The translations under genes and the position numbers were made by a program. Positions 1 through 10,352 of a DNA stretch of 64,000 nucleotides are shown here, piece by piece (within the stretch, counting starts at the first letter, position 1; the number at the start of each line of letters is the position of its first letter). Location: NCBI GenBank assembly GCA_024654625.1, contig JANLHB010000016.1:64137-128136 (forward strand). The letters are read 5' to 3'. This DNA is from Patescibacteria group bacterium. GTDB taxonomy: Bacteria > Patescibacteriota > Minisyncoccia > GCA-002772825. The notes below the pieces were generated by a model. That model was not told the DNA's origin. It did no database searches and saw only the letters and a list, made by a program, of their open reading frames with translations.

Positions 1-242
1 CTTCCGGTCTTGTGGTTTTAGTTTCAAATAGCGCTTTTGATAATATATTTAGCGCAGATTTGAGGGAGAAGCTGATGTTTAAAGAGCGAGATACTATTGA
101 CCTTGTGTCTAAAATTGAAAATCTGATAAATATCCCTAAAGAAGATATATCGATTATAAAGAAAAATATGAGGGATATTATCGTGAAAAAACATAGTTTA
201 GAAAGTCTAATGGAAAAATTATCTTATGTTCTTAAAGAATAA
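1..242 (+). CDS. Glycosyltransferase family 4, C-terminal fragment (gene starts before window)
   Basis: Frame is open from the window start (SGLVVLVSN...). It resembles a GT4 C-terminus and overlaps the next gene. Confidence 0.65.
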   Translation, partial: SGLVVLVSNSAFDNIFSADLREKLMFKERDTIDLVSKIENLINIPKEDISIIKKNMRDIIVKKHSLESLMEKLSYVLKE

Positions 243-1002
243 AGTCAGAAAATTAATTTATTCTTTACTGAATATTTTATTACATTTAAGAAGACCGGAG
301 AGAGTAGCTATCTTGATGTATCACTCAGTGGGAGATAGCGACCTTCTTTTTAATGTTTCGCCGGAAAATTTCTTAAGGCAGATTAATTATTTGAAAAATA
401 GGAATTATCAAGTATTGAAGCTTACGGAGGTTATAGATAAAATAAATAGCAAAGAAAGGATTGAGCCGAAAACTGTTGTCATAACTTTTGATGACGGTTA
501 TAAAGATAATTATCAAAATGTTTTTCCTGTATTGAGTGAAAATAATTTTCCAGCCACTATTTTTATCCCGACTTCTTATATAGGAAGTAAGTTTAACGGT
601 TTGGATGTTTTAGACTGGAAAGAGATTAAAGAGATGGCGAGTTCCGGCCTTATTGATTTTGGGTTTCATTCACATACTCACCCTCATAAGATGTCTGATA
701 TAAGTATTGATAATTTTTCTTTAGAGATTAGTGAGGCAAAAAAGATTCTTGAAAAAAATCTTTTTAGATTTGTTTCTGTTTTTGCGTATCCTAGAGGAAG
801 CTACAATGATAGACAGGTTGAATTGTTAAAAAGAGAAGGTTTCGCCGGCGCTGTAACGGTAGAGGAGGGACTAGTAGGAAAAAATGATGACTCAATGAGA
901 CTTAAGAGGAATTTTATCCATAATAAATGCAGTTTTGCCGAGTTTAAGGGCAAATTAGGCTTAAGCGTTGTATGGTTTAATTTTATTAAACATCTTATAT
1001 GA
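226..1002 (+). CDS. Polysaccharide deacetylase (CE4/NodB)
   Basis: ILMYHSV, ITFDDGY, HSHTH and FAYPRG motifs. Confidence 0.93.
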   Translation: MFLKNKVRKLIYSLLNILLHLRRPERVAILMYHSVGDSDLLFNVSPENFLRQINYLKNRNYQVLKLTEVIDKINSKERIEPKTVVITFDDGYKDNYQNVFPVLSENNFPATIFIPTSYIGSKFNGLDVLDWKEIKEMASSGLIDFGFHSHTHPHKMSDISIDNFSLEISEAKKILEKNLFRFVSVFAYPRGSYNDRQVELLKREGFAGAVTVEEGLVGKNDDSMRLKRNFIHNKCSFAEFKGKLGLSVVWFNFIKHLI

Positions 1003-2387
1003 AGAAAAATACAAAGATAAAAATAATACTATTTTCTATCGCGGTTATTGCTAATTTATTGATGTTTTTTTATCTTTATTCTTCACGTGGTCAAGATTTC
1101 TTTAATCCGTTAACACAGGGAACCGACCAGGCTGAATACGGGCGGATTGCTATTAACTTAGTAGAGCGCCGTTCTTTTTCTGTAGCTGAATTAGATCCAT
1201 ATATTCCTAACCCGGCGCGGACGCCTATTTTTCCATTATTTTTAAGTCTTAGTTATCTTCTCACTGGCGGCTTTATATTGGCAATATTGCTTAACATTCT
1301 TATAAGCGCCATTACAGCTATTATCGTCTTTGATATAGCTTTCTTGGCAGCCAAACGTCCTAATATCGCTTTTTTGTCAGGACTCATTTTTGCCTTGCTT
1401 CCATATAAAATTTATCTTTCAAATTTGATAATGGCTGATATTTTCTTTATGTTTTTTTTCAGTCTTTTTGCATTATCCTTTCTTAAGATTATTGAAGATG
1501 AAGAGGGTTTTAATTTTAAAAATGCTACTTTGGCCGGTAGCTTACTTGGCCTTTCTGTACTCGTACGCCCGATAACTCAATTTTTTATAGTGATACCTGT
1601 CTTTATTACACTATTATTTTTTAAAAAAGATTTTAAGAAAAGAATCGCAGTTTCCGTTTTATTGGTTGTATCGTTTGTTCTTGTTTTAACCCCTTGGCTT
1701 TTAAGAAATGAAATTCATTTTGGAGAACCATTTTTATCATCAGTCGGCAGGTATCATATGTATGTGAGCTATCTGGCGCCTTGGCAAGCGTATAAAGAAA
1801 AGGTATCAAGAGACGAGAAGCATAGAGAGGTTTTAGAATATATTGAGGGTCAATATGGCAATGACGCGATGTATAATATAGAGGCCTCAACAGAGCTCTC
1901 AAAGATAGCCAAGAAAGAGATATTGAGAAATCCTTTGAGCTATCTTTTTTTTCACCTTTCATCAGTACCTATTTATTTTCTGAATAATGATTTTATGCTT
2001 ACAGCCAGAGAAGCATTTAACGCAAAGCTCCCAGACGTATATATAGCACAAAAGATTTTCTCTCTTGATTTTAAGGGGTTACGGCAGGCTATCTTTAGTT
2101 CGGGGATATTTTTTACCGCATTTTTTCTTATCAGTTATCTTGTTGTCGCCATTAAGTCCGGGCTTGGAGTTCTTTGGGTATTTTATTATTTAAAACGCAG
2201 TCTTTATATAAACACTTTTGTTATATTATCCATCTTGTATTTCCCTTTGCTCATCGGCTTTGAGGGGCATGCTAGATTTAGGATACCTATTGAACCCTTC
2301 CTTATAATTTTTTCCGTACTGGCTATTTTTGACATATGGAAGTTTATGAAAGAAAAATTTTTTAAACCGCAAAATGAAAATTTCTAA
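999..2387 (+). CDS. GT-C fold (ArnT/PMT_2-like) membrane glycosyltransferase
   Basis: Multi-TM; DQAEY..IA.NL, RTPIFPLFL, LVRP, PWLLRN, RFRIP motifs. Confidence 0.8.
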   Translation: MKKNTKIKIILFSIAVIANLLMFFYLYSSRGQDFFNPLTQGTDQAEYGRIAINLVERRSFSVAELDPYIPNPARTPIFPLFLSLSYLLTGGFILAILLNILISAITAIIVFDIAFLAAKRPNIAFLSGLIFALLPYKIYLSNLIMADIFFMFFFSLFALSFLKIIEDEEGFNFKNATLAGSLLGLSVLVRPITQFFIVIPVFITLLFFKKDFKKRIAVSVLLVVSFVLVLTPWLLRNEIHFGEPFLSSVGRYHMYVSYLAPWQAYKEKVSRDEKHREVLEYIEGQYGNDAMYNIEASTELSKIAKKEILRNPLSYLFFHLSSVPIYFLNNDFMLTAREAFNAKLPDVYIAQKIFSLDFKGLRQAIFSSGIFFTAFFLISYLVVAIKSGLGVLWVFYYLKRSLYINTFVILSILYFPLLIGFEGHARFRIPIEPFLIIFSVLAIFDIWKFMKEKFFKPQNENF

Positions 2388-3531
2388 CGGAAAACTTAAA
2401 ATTTTCTATATTGCTAATGCGCGTATCCCCACGGAAAAGGCGCATGGTATACAGATAATGAAGATGTGTGAAGCGTTTGCCACCAAGGGGGCAGACGTTA
2501 CTCTAGTATTGCCTAAGAGGCGTAACCCGATCAAGCAAGACCCTTTCTCTTATTATGAGGTTAAGCCGATTTTTAAGATTAAGAAACTACCTTCTTTGGA
2601 TTTGCTTTTTATTGATAGTCCGGTCACTTTTATATTGAGTGCATTGGTCTTCTCAATATCTGTTTTTGGTTTTCTTTTTTTTAGAAAAAAAGATTATGTT
2701 GTCTATACGCGAGGAGAGATTATTTTATTTTTAAGCAAGTTTTTATCTAGGCGTTTGTTTTGGGAGACACACATTAAACCCTCAAATATAGATAGATACA
2801 AGAAAGCTGTTAGAAAGATTGGTGGTGTTATTGTAGTCACGAAGTATTATAGAGATATATTGATAAAGGAATTTAATGTATTGCCTGAAAAGTTATTATA
2901 TTTTCCCGATAGTGTTGACTTAGATATTTTTGATATAGATATAGACAAAGGAGAAGCGCGGAGGAGATTAAATTTACCGATAGATAAGAAAATAATCGTC
3001 TATACGGGGAGCCTTCTTAAGTGGAAAGGAATTGAAACTTTAATAGAGTCTGCTAATTTTTTAGATGATGATAATTTGCTATATATAGTCGGAGATCTAA
3101 AAAAAGATGATAGTTATTATTTGCCTCTCGTTAAATCTTCTCCTAATATCAAGTTTGTCGGCTTAAAGCCTTATGGTAAAATTCCTTTATGGCTTAAGGC
3201 GTCTGATGTTCTAGTCCTCACGGGCACAGAAAAGAACGAGATTTCAAAATATTATACGTCGCCTTTAAAACTTTTTGAATATATGGCATCAGGTAAGCCT
3301 ATTATCGCTCCGAGATTGCCTTCTTTCTTGGATATTCTTAACGAGAACAATTCCTTCCTAGTCGATTCGGATGATCCAAGGAAGTTGGCGGATCGTATAA
3401 AATTTGTTTTAGCAAACGAAGCTCAGGTTCAAGGTATCACAGAAAAAGCGTATAATGATTCAAAAAATTATTCTTGGAATAAAAGAAGCGAATCAATTAA
3501 GAATTTTATTGAAAATAGATTAATGCTATGA
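2374..3531 (+). CDS. Glycosyltransferase family 4
   Basis: RIPTEKAHGIQI N-terminus; SPLKLFEYMASGKPII. Confidence 0.93.
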   Translation: MKISNGKLKIFYIANARIPTEKAHGIQIMKMCEAFATKGADVTLVLPKRRNPIKQDPFSYYEVKPIFKIKKLPSLDLLFIDSPVTFILSALVFSISVFGFLFFRKKDYVVYTRGEIILFLSKFLSRRLFWETHIKPSNIDRYKKAVRKIGGVIVVTKYYRDILIKEFNVLPEKLLYFPDSVDLDIFDIDIDKGEARRRLNLPIDKKIIVYTGSLLKWKGIETLIESANFLDDDNLLYIVGDLKKDDSYYLPLVKSSPNIKFVGLKPYGKIPLWLKASDVLVLTGTEKNEISKYYTSPLKLFEYMASGKPIIAPRLPSFLDILNENNSFLVDSDDPRKLADRIKFVLANEAQVQGITEKAYNDSKNYSWNKRSESIKNFIENRLML

Positions 3532-4607
3532 AAATAGGGATAATTTTACATCCGTATGGAGAAGGGAAGCCGGCCGGCTTAGGTCGTTATATCTTAGAAC
3601 TGACAAAATCTCTTATTGAAAATGATAAAGATAACGAGTATATAGTTTATCTTAAGGAGAAGCCTAAGATAATGCCGGAATTTATTACTTCAAATTGGAG
3701 GGTTGAAGTTTTAGGCTTGGGCAGATTTTGGAGAGAGATAGGGTTTTTCTTTGCGCCAAAGGCGGATATTTATATATTTAACACTCCGGTAATGCCGATC
3801 TTTTTTCGGTCTAAGAAATCTATTGTAATCGCTCTTGATTTTGCTTATCTTTATTTTAAGCCGGATGGAATCAAAGAAAGAATTAATAATTTCTTATTAT
3901 ATAAGATGAATAGTTTTGCTTTGAAGCGAGCGGATAAAATAGTTTCTATATCAGAAGCGACAAAAAAAGATATTATCAAATTGTTTAATATTCTTGATAA
4001 AAAAATAGAAGTGATATATCCCGGCTTTAGTAAAATATGCGCTTTTCCGTCAGAGGAGATTGCTGTTCCTTTAAATTTCTTTCTTTATGTTGGAGTGATC
4101 AAAGAAAGGAAAAATCTTCTAAATATCATAAAAGGTTTTTATGAATTTAAGAAAGAGAATAAGTCTGATATTAAGCTTGTTGTAGCCGGCAAAGGGAGTG
4201 GCGCTTATTATGAAGAAGCATTGTCTTTTGTTGAGGAGGATGATTTAAAAGAAGAAGTGGTCTTCTTGGGATTTGTTAATGACAATCAGTTGTCTTTCCT
4301 ATACAAGAACGCCAGAGCCTTTATCTTTCCTAGTTTGATTGAAGGTTTCGGTATGCCCGTACTTGAGGCGATGGACTGTGGCCTGCCGGTTGTCACTTCA
4401 AGGGAGAGCTCTCTTTCTGAAGTGGCTGGCGGCGCGGCGCTCTTAGTTGACCCGAAAGACCCAAAAGAGATATCAAGAGTTATGGAGAGGGTAGCTTTTG
4501 ATGATAAGCTAAGAGATGATTTGATAGAGATGGGAGATAGAAGGGTGATTGATTTCTCATGGAAGAAATGCGCTAGCCAGTTTATAGTATTACTTAATAA
4601 AATATGA
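3528..4607 (+). CDS. Glycosyltransferase family 4 (mannosyltransferase-like)
   Basis: RKNL and FPSLIEGFGMPVLEAMDCG (EX7E). Confidence 0.93.
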   Translation: MKIGIILHPYGEGKPAGLGRYILELTKSLIENDKDNEYIVYLKEKPKIMPEFITSNWRVEVLGLGRFWREIGFFFAPKADIYIFNTPVMPIFFRSKKSIVIALDFAYLYFKPDGIKERINNFLLYKMNSFALKRADKIVSISEATKKDIIKLFNILDKKIEVIYPGFSKICAFPSEEIAVPLNFFLYVGVIKERKNLLNIIKGFYEFKKENKSDIKLVVAGKGSGAYYEEALSFVEEDDLKEEVVFLGFVNDNQLSFLYKNARAFIFPSLIEGFGMPVLEAMDCGLPVVTSRESSLSEVAGGAALLVDPKDPKEISRVMERVAFDDKLRDDLIEMGDRRVIDFSWKKCASQFIVLLNKI

Positions 4608-6316
4608 ATTCCATAATAAGAAAACATTTTTTGTTTATAATTCTTATTGCTGTTCTTGCTATCTATCTTGGATATATGGCGACTCTTGAGAATACTTGGG
4701 ACGGCTGGGCTTTTGGTTCGGCTCAAACGCTTTTAAGTTCAGAACATTGGTTAAAAGATGGATTTATTTTTAATAAATTCCTTTTTTTGCCTATGGGTTA
4801 TTCAAAAGTAGTTAAGTATCTTGACGAACCGGAATTGAGGCATCTTGCAAGAGGACTCCACGAGGGTCAGGCTATATTGATAGATCAAAGATCTCATTAT
4901 ACTCATTACCCGCCTGGTTATCTTTTGCCATATGCGACTTTGATGAAAATAGGATTTTCCGAGAGATATTGGTTTAGATTTTTGTCGTTATTTTTTTCAT
5001 TTACAGCGCTTGTTTTTATGTACTGGTTTTTTAATTTAATTTCAAATCGTATCGTGGCATTTTTTGCTGTTTCTTATTATGCGGTATCCACAATGTTTCT
5101 TGGATTTGCTGATTCTTTGGCTAATCAGCCGATTGATGATTTTCTGCGATTTAGCATTATGCTTTTGAGCCTTTTTGCCGTAAAGGCGCGTGATAATACT
5201 GAGAAATATAGATTGTATAACATTTTTATCTGGATAATTTATTTTATCTTGGCGATTTCTTCTTATGATTCCACTTTTTTTATTTTCATCTGGCTTGTGG
5301 GACTTGATCTCGTAATGACTAAGAAAATTTTATGGAAGAGATGGCTAATCTTTGTCTTAGCGCCTATTGCGGCATTTACTCTTCAGTTTTTGCAAAACTG
5401 GTGGTATCTTGGATATCCCGATGTCTGGCTTGATGCAAAAGGTATTTTTTTTAAAAGATCTTTAGTTGGTCCAGGAAATAATTTTTTTGAAAAGCATATA
5501 AGGTCCATGTTATCGCCTTTGGCTTATATTACGGGTCTTAGGGTAAGAGTGATTTTGCCAATTATAGCGATAGTGATAGTTATAATTTCAATCTTTATTA
5601 AGAAAATTGTTGATAATAGACAAAATCTATTTAATTTAAAGCTACTTGCAGTTTTGGCTTTAGCCGGCGCTTCTTATCCTTTTATTTTTACCACTCCGGG
5701 GTATTTCGATTACAGCGGCAGACAATTTGCGCCATTTATAGGATTGATGATTGGATTATCAATTTTTCTATTGATTAAAACATTATCTAAAGAAAATAGC
5801 GGAAAGTCCTTCAGTTTTAATAAGTGGAATATAAAATTTATAATCACATTTTTTCTTCTGTCTATATTTGTTGGATTTATATTTTTTATTCAATTACGCA
5901 GGACATACGGATATGTTTTTAATCGGAATATAGATTCCAGTTATAAGCAATTTATCTATAGGGTAGATTATGATATAATTGATTTTTATAGAATCCTAAG
6001 GTCTTTATCTTCGAATGACAGTATAATATTTTACATTACACATAAGGAGGGAGAATATTTTACAAGTAATCCTATTTCTATTAGAGAATATTATGCTGAA
6101 GGGCTTATTCTAGATTCTTTGAAGTATGAAGATGTAATTAATAATTATTTACTTTTGAAGCAATACTCAGAAGAGTTTTTTGATTCTATTATTGTATCGA
6201 CAGAAAGAGAGCCACTGGAAAAAATTTTAAAAGCCTTATCCATGGATGTGGATGGCATTTCTGAAATAAAATTGATTAAGAGCAGGTATGTTATGGTGAT
6301 TAAAGAAAAATTATGA
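4604..6316 (+). CDS. Multi-TM protein, putative GT-C glycosyltransferase (paralog 1)
   Basis: About 11 TM segments; WDGWAFGSAQT, YTHYPPG, DSLANQPIDD, SSYDSTFF shared with paralogs. Confidence 0.6.
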   Translation: MNSIIRKHFLFIILIAVLAIYLGYMATLENTWDGWAFGSAQTLLSSEHWLKDGFIFNKFLFLPMGYSKVVKYLDEPELRHLARGLHEGQAILIDQRSHYTHYPPGYLLPYATLMKIGFSERYWFRFLSLFFSFTALVFMYWFFNLISNRIVAFFAVSYYAVSTMFLGFADSLANQPIDDFLRFSIMLLSLFAVKARDNTEKYRLYNIFIWIIYFILAISSYDSTFFIFIWLVGLDLVMTKKILWKRWLIFVLAPIAAFTLQFLQNWWYLGYPDVWLDAKGIFFKRSLVGPGNNFFEKHIRSMLSPLAYITGLRVRVILPIIAIVIVIISIFIKKIVDNRQNLFNLKLLAVLALAGASYPFIFTTPGYFDYSGRQFAPFIGLMIGLSIFLLIKTLSKENSGKSFSFNKWNIKFIITFFLLSIFVGFIFFIQLRRTYGYVFNRNIDSSYKQFIYRVDYDIIDFYRILRSLSSNDSIIFYITHKEGEYFTSNPISIREYYAEGLILDSLKYEDVINNYLLLKQYSEEFFDSIIVSTEREPLEKILKALSMDVDGISEIKLIKSRYVMVIKEKL

Positions 6317-7947
6317 AAAGACATTCATTTTTTGTTATATTATGTTTGATTTTAGTCATTTATCTTGGAATCAAGACATTGTCTGATGATGGTTGGGGCG
6401 GGTGGCTTGAGGGGATAGGTGACGCAGCAACTCTTCTTTCTTCCAAACATTGGTCGGAAGACGGTTTTATCTATAGTAAGTTTCTTTTTCTGCCGATGGG
6501 TTACTCAAAGACTGTGAAATATTTTGATGAGCCAGAAATGAGGCAGCATGCTCGCGGCACGGTGACTGGCGGAATGATAGGGAGGCGCCTTTATTATACT
6601 CATTATCCGAGTGGCTATCTTATTCCATATGCATTATTGATGAAAGCTGGATTTGTAGAACGGCATTGGTTTAGATTATTAGCTTTGTTTTTTTCTTTTG
6701 GCTCGCTAATTCTAATGTATTGGTTTTTTAATTTAATTGCCACAAGATCCGTCGCTTTTTTTGCCGCTTTTTATTATGGTATTTCAACTATGTTTCTGGA
6801 TTTTGCTGATTCTTTGGCTAATCAGCCTGTCGATGATTTATTTAGGTTTAGCATTTTAGTTTTAAGTGTTTTAGCTGTTAAATCGATTGATAATTTAAAA
6901 AAGTATGAGATATATAATGTATTTATATGGTTTTTATATTTTGCTCTTGCCAGCTCTTCGTATGATTCCACATTTTTTATTTTTGTCTGGCTGGTTGGGT
7001 TGGATCTTATAACTGTAAGAAAGTTTTTATGGAAAAAATGGCTTATCTTTACATTAGCACCGGTTGCCGCTTTTGGTTTGCAGATAATCCAGAATTGGTG
7101 GTATCTAAGGAGTTGGAAAGATGTTTTCCTTGACATATCTGGCACTTCGTCTGCAAGGGTGCAGACTAGTAATATTTTAAGCCATATAAAACAAGTTTTT
7201 TTTACTTTTAATTTGGCATCAGGCTTAAAAACAGTGACCATCACTTTAATGGTTATAATTCTTTTGACCCTTCTTTATATATTTAGAGGAAAAATTAGTC
7301 AGCTCTACAAAAATTATATCAATGATAGCTTTAAATTATCCCTATTCCAAATTATGATAATACTTTTTTTGGCTGGGGCTTTATATCCTTTTGTGCTAGC
7401 TGGAACGGGGGGTTTTTCTTATCAAGGTCGTCAAGTCATGCCTTTTCTGGCTTTATTGATAGGAGTTAGTACTGTTCTGGCTATTAGATTGTTTAAAATT
7501 AAGGAAAAAACAAGGATTTTTCCTCAAATTATTTTGATTTTTACTTTGATATTTCTATGGGGATGGCAGATATACAGAACAACTCAATATATATATGCCT
7601 GGCCTAATAATAAACCAGATGCTCGTATTATTGAAATTGGCGACTATTTAGAATCATCAAGAACAGGGGATTCGGTAGTTTTTTATTTAGGAGACAGATT
7701 GCCTTTGACTTTATTAACAGAATATTATTTAAATATGCCATTTTTGTTTTTTAAGGATGAATCTAGCTTGGTCAGGGATTTTCTTTGGCTTAAAGAGCAT
7801 TCTGAATATTCTTTTGACACATTTATTATTTCAGATAGAAAAGGAATCAGCGATAATCTGCATAAATTATTATTGAAAGAGAGCGTTAATGAGACAGTAA
7901 GGATAAAATTTATCGCAGGGGAATATCTTTTTAAATTATCATTTTAA
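6313..7947 (+). CDS. Multi-TM protein, putative GT-C glycosyltransferase (paralog 2)
   Basis: YYTHYPSG, DSLANQPVDD, SSYDSTFF. Confidence 0.6.
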   Translation: MKRHSFFVILCLILVIYLGIKTLSDDGWGGWLEGIGDAATLLSSKHWSEDGFIYSKFLFLPMGYSKTVKYFDEPEMRQHARGTVTGGMIGRRLYYTHYPSGYLIPYALLMKAGFVERHWFRLLALFFSFGSLILMYWFFNLIATRSVAFFAAFYYGISTMFLDFADSLANQPVDDLFRFSILVLSVLAVKSIDNLKKYEIYNVFIWFLYFALASSSYDSTFFIFVWLVGLDLITVRKFLWKKWLIFTLAPVAAFGLQIIQNWWYLRSWKDVFLDISGTSSARVQTSNILSHIKQVFFTFNLASGLKTVTITLMVIILLTLLYIFRGKISQLYKNYINDSFKLSLFQIMIILFLAGALYPFVLAGTGGFSYQGRQVMPFLALLIGVSTVLAIRLFKIKEKTRIFPQIILIFTLIFLWGWQIYRTTQYIYAWPNNKPDARIIEIGDYLESSRTGDSVVFYLGDRLPLTLLTEYYLNMPFLFFKDESSLVRDFLWLKEHSEYSFDTFIISDRKGISDNLHKLLLKESVNETVRIKFIAGEYLFKLSF

Positions 7948-7963
7948 TGTTATTATATGATTT

Positions 7964-8716
7964 ATGTCTTACTATAAAAGCAACGACAGCCAGAAGGAAT
8001 TTTTTAATCAGATTATAGATACATACAGAATAGGAAATGAGGCAAACATAGACCTCTTGCTTAATTTAAGGAATGCAGTATCTGAGTTCATTGAGGGTGA
8101 TATTTTGGATATTGGTAATGGAGGATTAATAAATTTTGATATTGATAAAGCTAAATCAGTGATTTTAGCTGATATTGTTTTGGACCCAATAAAGAATCCA
8201 AAAATAATTAAAGGTAGATCCATTGTAGAGCTGGACGAAGACCATAAGAAACTTTTTAATTTCGTAGAAGCGGATGTTTTAAAAATGCCTTTTGCCGATA
8301 AAAGTTTTGATAGAGTTCTGATGTTTAATGTAGCTCATCATCTTTCGGTGGAATCTTCTAAGGATTCTGTTTTAAATATTAACTATGCCATAGATGGCAT
8401 TAAGAGGATTTTGCGCGATGATGGTATTTTTTTGATATGGGAGACTTGCCCATCTTTTCCGATTAAATTGGCTCAAGATGCGGGCTATAATTTATTATTT
8501 TGGATATTAAAAAAATTTAACAGGCCCTTGCCTTATTTTTTGGCCAGAAAAAATATAAAAAAATTACTGGAGAAAAAGGGATTTAATTTGATTTTAGTTA
8601 AAGAGATAGAATGGGGAGACAAAGTTTATTCACCTATATTTCCAAAGATCCTTGCTCCTAGATGGCTGTGGAATAAAATTTTGAGGACTTATTTATTTGT
8701 GGCTAAGAAAAATTAG
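7964..8716 (+). CDS. Class I SAM-dependent methyltransferase
   Basis: ILDIGNGG; ADVLKMPFADKSFD; AHH. Confidence 0.85.
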   Translation: MSYYKSNDSQKEFFNQIIDTYRIGNEANIDLLLNLRNAVSEFIEGDILDIGNGGLINFDIDKAKSVILADIVLDPIKNPKIIKGRSIVELDEDHKKLFNFVEADVLKMPFADKSFDRVLMFNVAHHLSVESSKDSVLNINYAIDGIKRILRDDGIFLIWETCPSFPIKLAQDAGYNLLFWILKKFNRPLPYFLARKNIKKLLEKKGFNLILVKEIEWGDKVYSPIFPKILAPRWLWNKILRTYLFVAKKN

Positions 8717-8723
8717 ATTTTTC

Positions 8724-10352
8724 ATGAAGTTTTTTTATTCTCATAAATGGTTTATTTTTTTATTCATATTTTTGGTAATATTTTTAAGTTTGAAAGCTAT
8801 ACCGAAAGATTCCTGGGACGATTGGGGTTTTGGTTCGGCGCAGACGATGATGAGTTCTCGTCACTGGGTTAAAGATGGTTTTATCCACAGTAAATTCCTT
8901 TTTTTGCCTATGGGTTATTCAAAGTCGGTGCGTTATTTAGATGGAACGGATATGAGGCATCTTACTCGCGGTACCATGACAGGCAAACTTATAGGCAGTA
9001 GACTTTATTATACTCATTATCCTGCCGGTTATCTTTTGCCATATGCGACTTTGATGAAGATTGGATTCTCTGAAAGGTTTTGGTTTAGATTTTTGGCAAT
9101 ACTCATTTCGCTTGCAGGGATTTCTTTAATGTATGCAGGTTTCTCTCTCATCTCCACGCGGATGATAGCCTTTCTGGCAACTCTGTATTATGCCGGCTCA
9201 ACGATGTTTCTAGGAATAGCGGATTCGCTGGCTAATCAGCCAATAGACGATTTATTTAGATTTTCAATCCTATTTTTAAGCGTGTGGATATATAAAATTT
9301 CTGACGACAAGAAGAAGAGACTTTATAATATATTCATCTGGTTTTTATATTTTGCTCTTGCCGGTTCATCTTACGATTCCACTTTTTTCGTGTTCGTTTG
9401 GCTTGTGGGGCTTGATCTCGTAATGACTAAGAAAATTTTGTGGAAGAAATGGCTTATTTTTGCCACAGCTCCGGTTATGGCATTTTTAGTTCAGCTTTTG
9501 CAAAATCTCTGGTATCTGGGTGTTCATGACGCTTTGCTTGATATCTATGGATCGTTTAGAGCTCGCGCGAATACCGGCCCAGGGACAAATGTATTTGAAA
9601 AACATATTCGCGCTATATTTTCACCTTGGGTTTATATGACTGACTTACGCGCGCGATTTATCATTCCGATTATTGTTGTTTTGTTTTCTATATTCGTGTT
9701 TCTCAAAAGACATGCCCTTAAAAATCTATATAATTTTCCAAAGAATGAAATTCTAGTTCTTTTGGCGATTTCCGGCTTCGCTTATCCTTTTATTCTTGTT
9801 TCTTCGGGTTATTTCCCGTATCAAGCAAGGCAGGCGGCGCTTTTTATATCATTACTACTTGCATCCGCAACAGTTCTTATCTTCCTCATAGCTAAAGATA
9901 TTAAAACTTTTCGCGCTTTTAAATCTGATTTTCAAATTAAAAGAGCCATGGCTCTTTTAATTTTAGTAATTTTAGTCAGTTTGTTATGGTTTAAGCAGGC
10001 AGACAGGACATACGCGTATATCAAACAATGGCCGAATAATGTTGTTGATGAGAAGATTATAAAATTCGGGCAAGATATGAGGGATGTGACTCACGGTCGT
10101 GATAGTGTGATTTTTAGAATGGAGAAGACGAGTTCATATCGTTATCCTCAAGCAGATCCGTTTTTGGAATATTATGCCGGCATGCCGATATTATCTTTTA
10201 AAGATACTAAAGATTTGGCGGATGATTTAATAAAATTAAAGAATCGTTCAGTTTATTCTTTTTTACCGATTATTATTGCTGATGATAAAGAAATAAGAAG
10301 TATAAAAGAATTTATATCCGGTAATAATTATGGCGAGGTTTATATTAAATAA
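8724..10352 (+). CDS. Multi-TM protein, putative GT-C glycosyltransferase (paralog 3)
   Basis: WDDWGFGSAQT, YYTHYPAG, DSLANQPIDD; ATG 8724 preferred over GTG 8697. Confidence 0.6.
   Translation: MKFFYSHKWFIFLFIFLVIFLSLKAIPKDSWDDWGFGSAQTMMSSRHWVKDGFIHSKFLFLPMGYSKSVRYLDGTDMRHLTRGTMTGKLIGSRLYYTHYPAGYLLPYATLMKIGFSERFWFRFLAILISLAGISLMYAGFSLISTRMIAFLATLYYAGSTMFLGIADSLANQPIDDLFRFSILFLSVWIYKISDDKKKRLYNIFIWFLYFALAGSSYDSTFFVFVWLVGLDLVMTKKILWKKWLIFATAPVMAFLVQLLQNLWYLGVHDALLDIYGSFRARANTGPGTNVFEKHIRAIFSPWVYMTDLRARFIIPIIVVLFSIFVFLKRHALKNLYNFPKNEILVLLAISGFAYPFILVSSGYFPYQARQAALFISLLLASATVLIFLIAKDIKTFRAFKSDFQIKRAMALLILVILVSLLWFKQADRTYAYIKQWPNNVVDEKIIKFGQDMRDVTHGRDSVIFRMEKTSSYRYPQADPFLEYYAGMPILSFKDTKDLADDLIKLKNRSVYSFLPIIIADDKEIRSIKEFISGNNYGEVYIK

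Noticed and set aside
8881-8889. TTATCCACA DnaA box inside paralog 3
   Set aside because: Isolated and within coding sequence (FIHS); probably chance.
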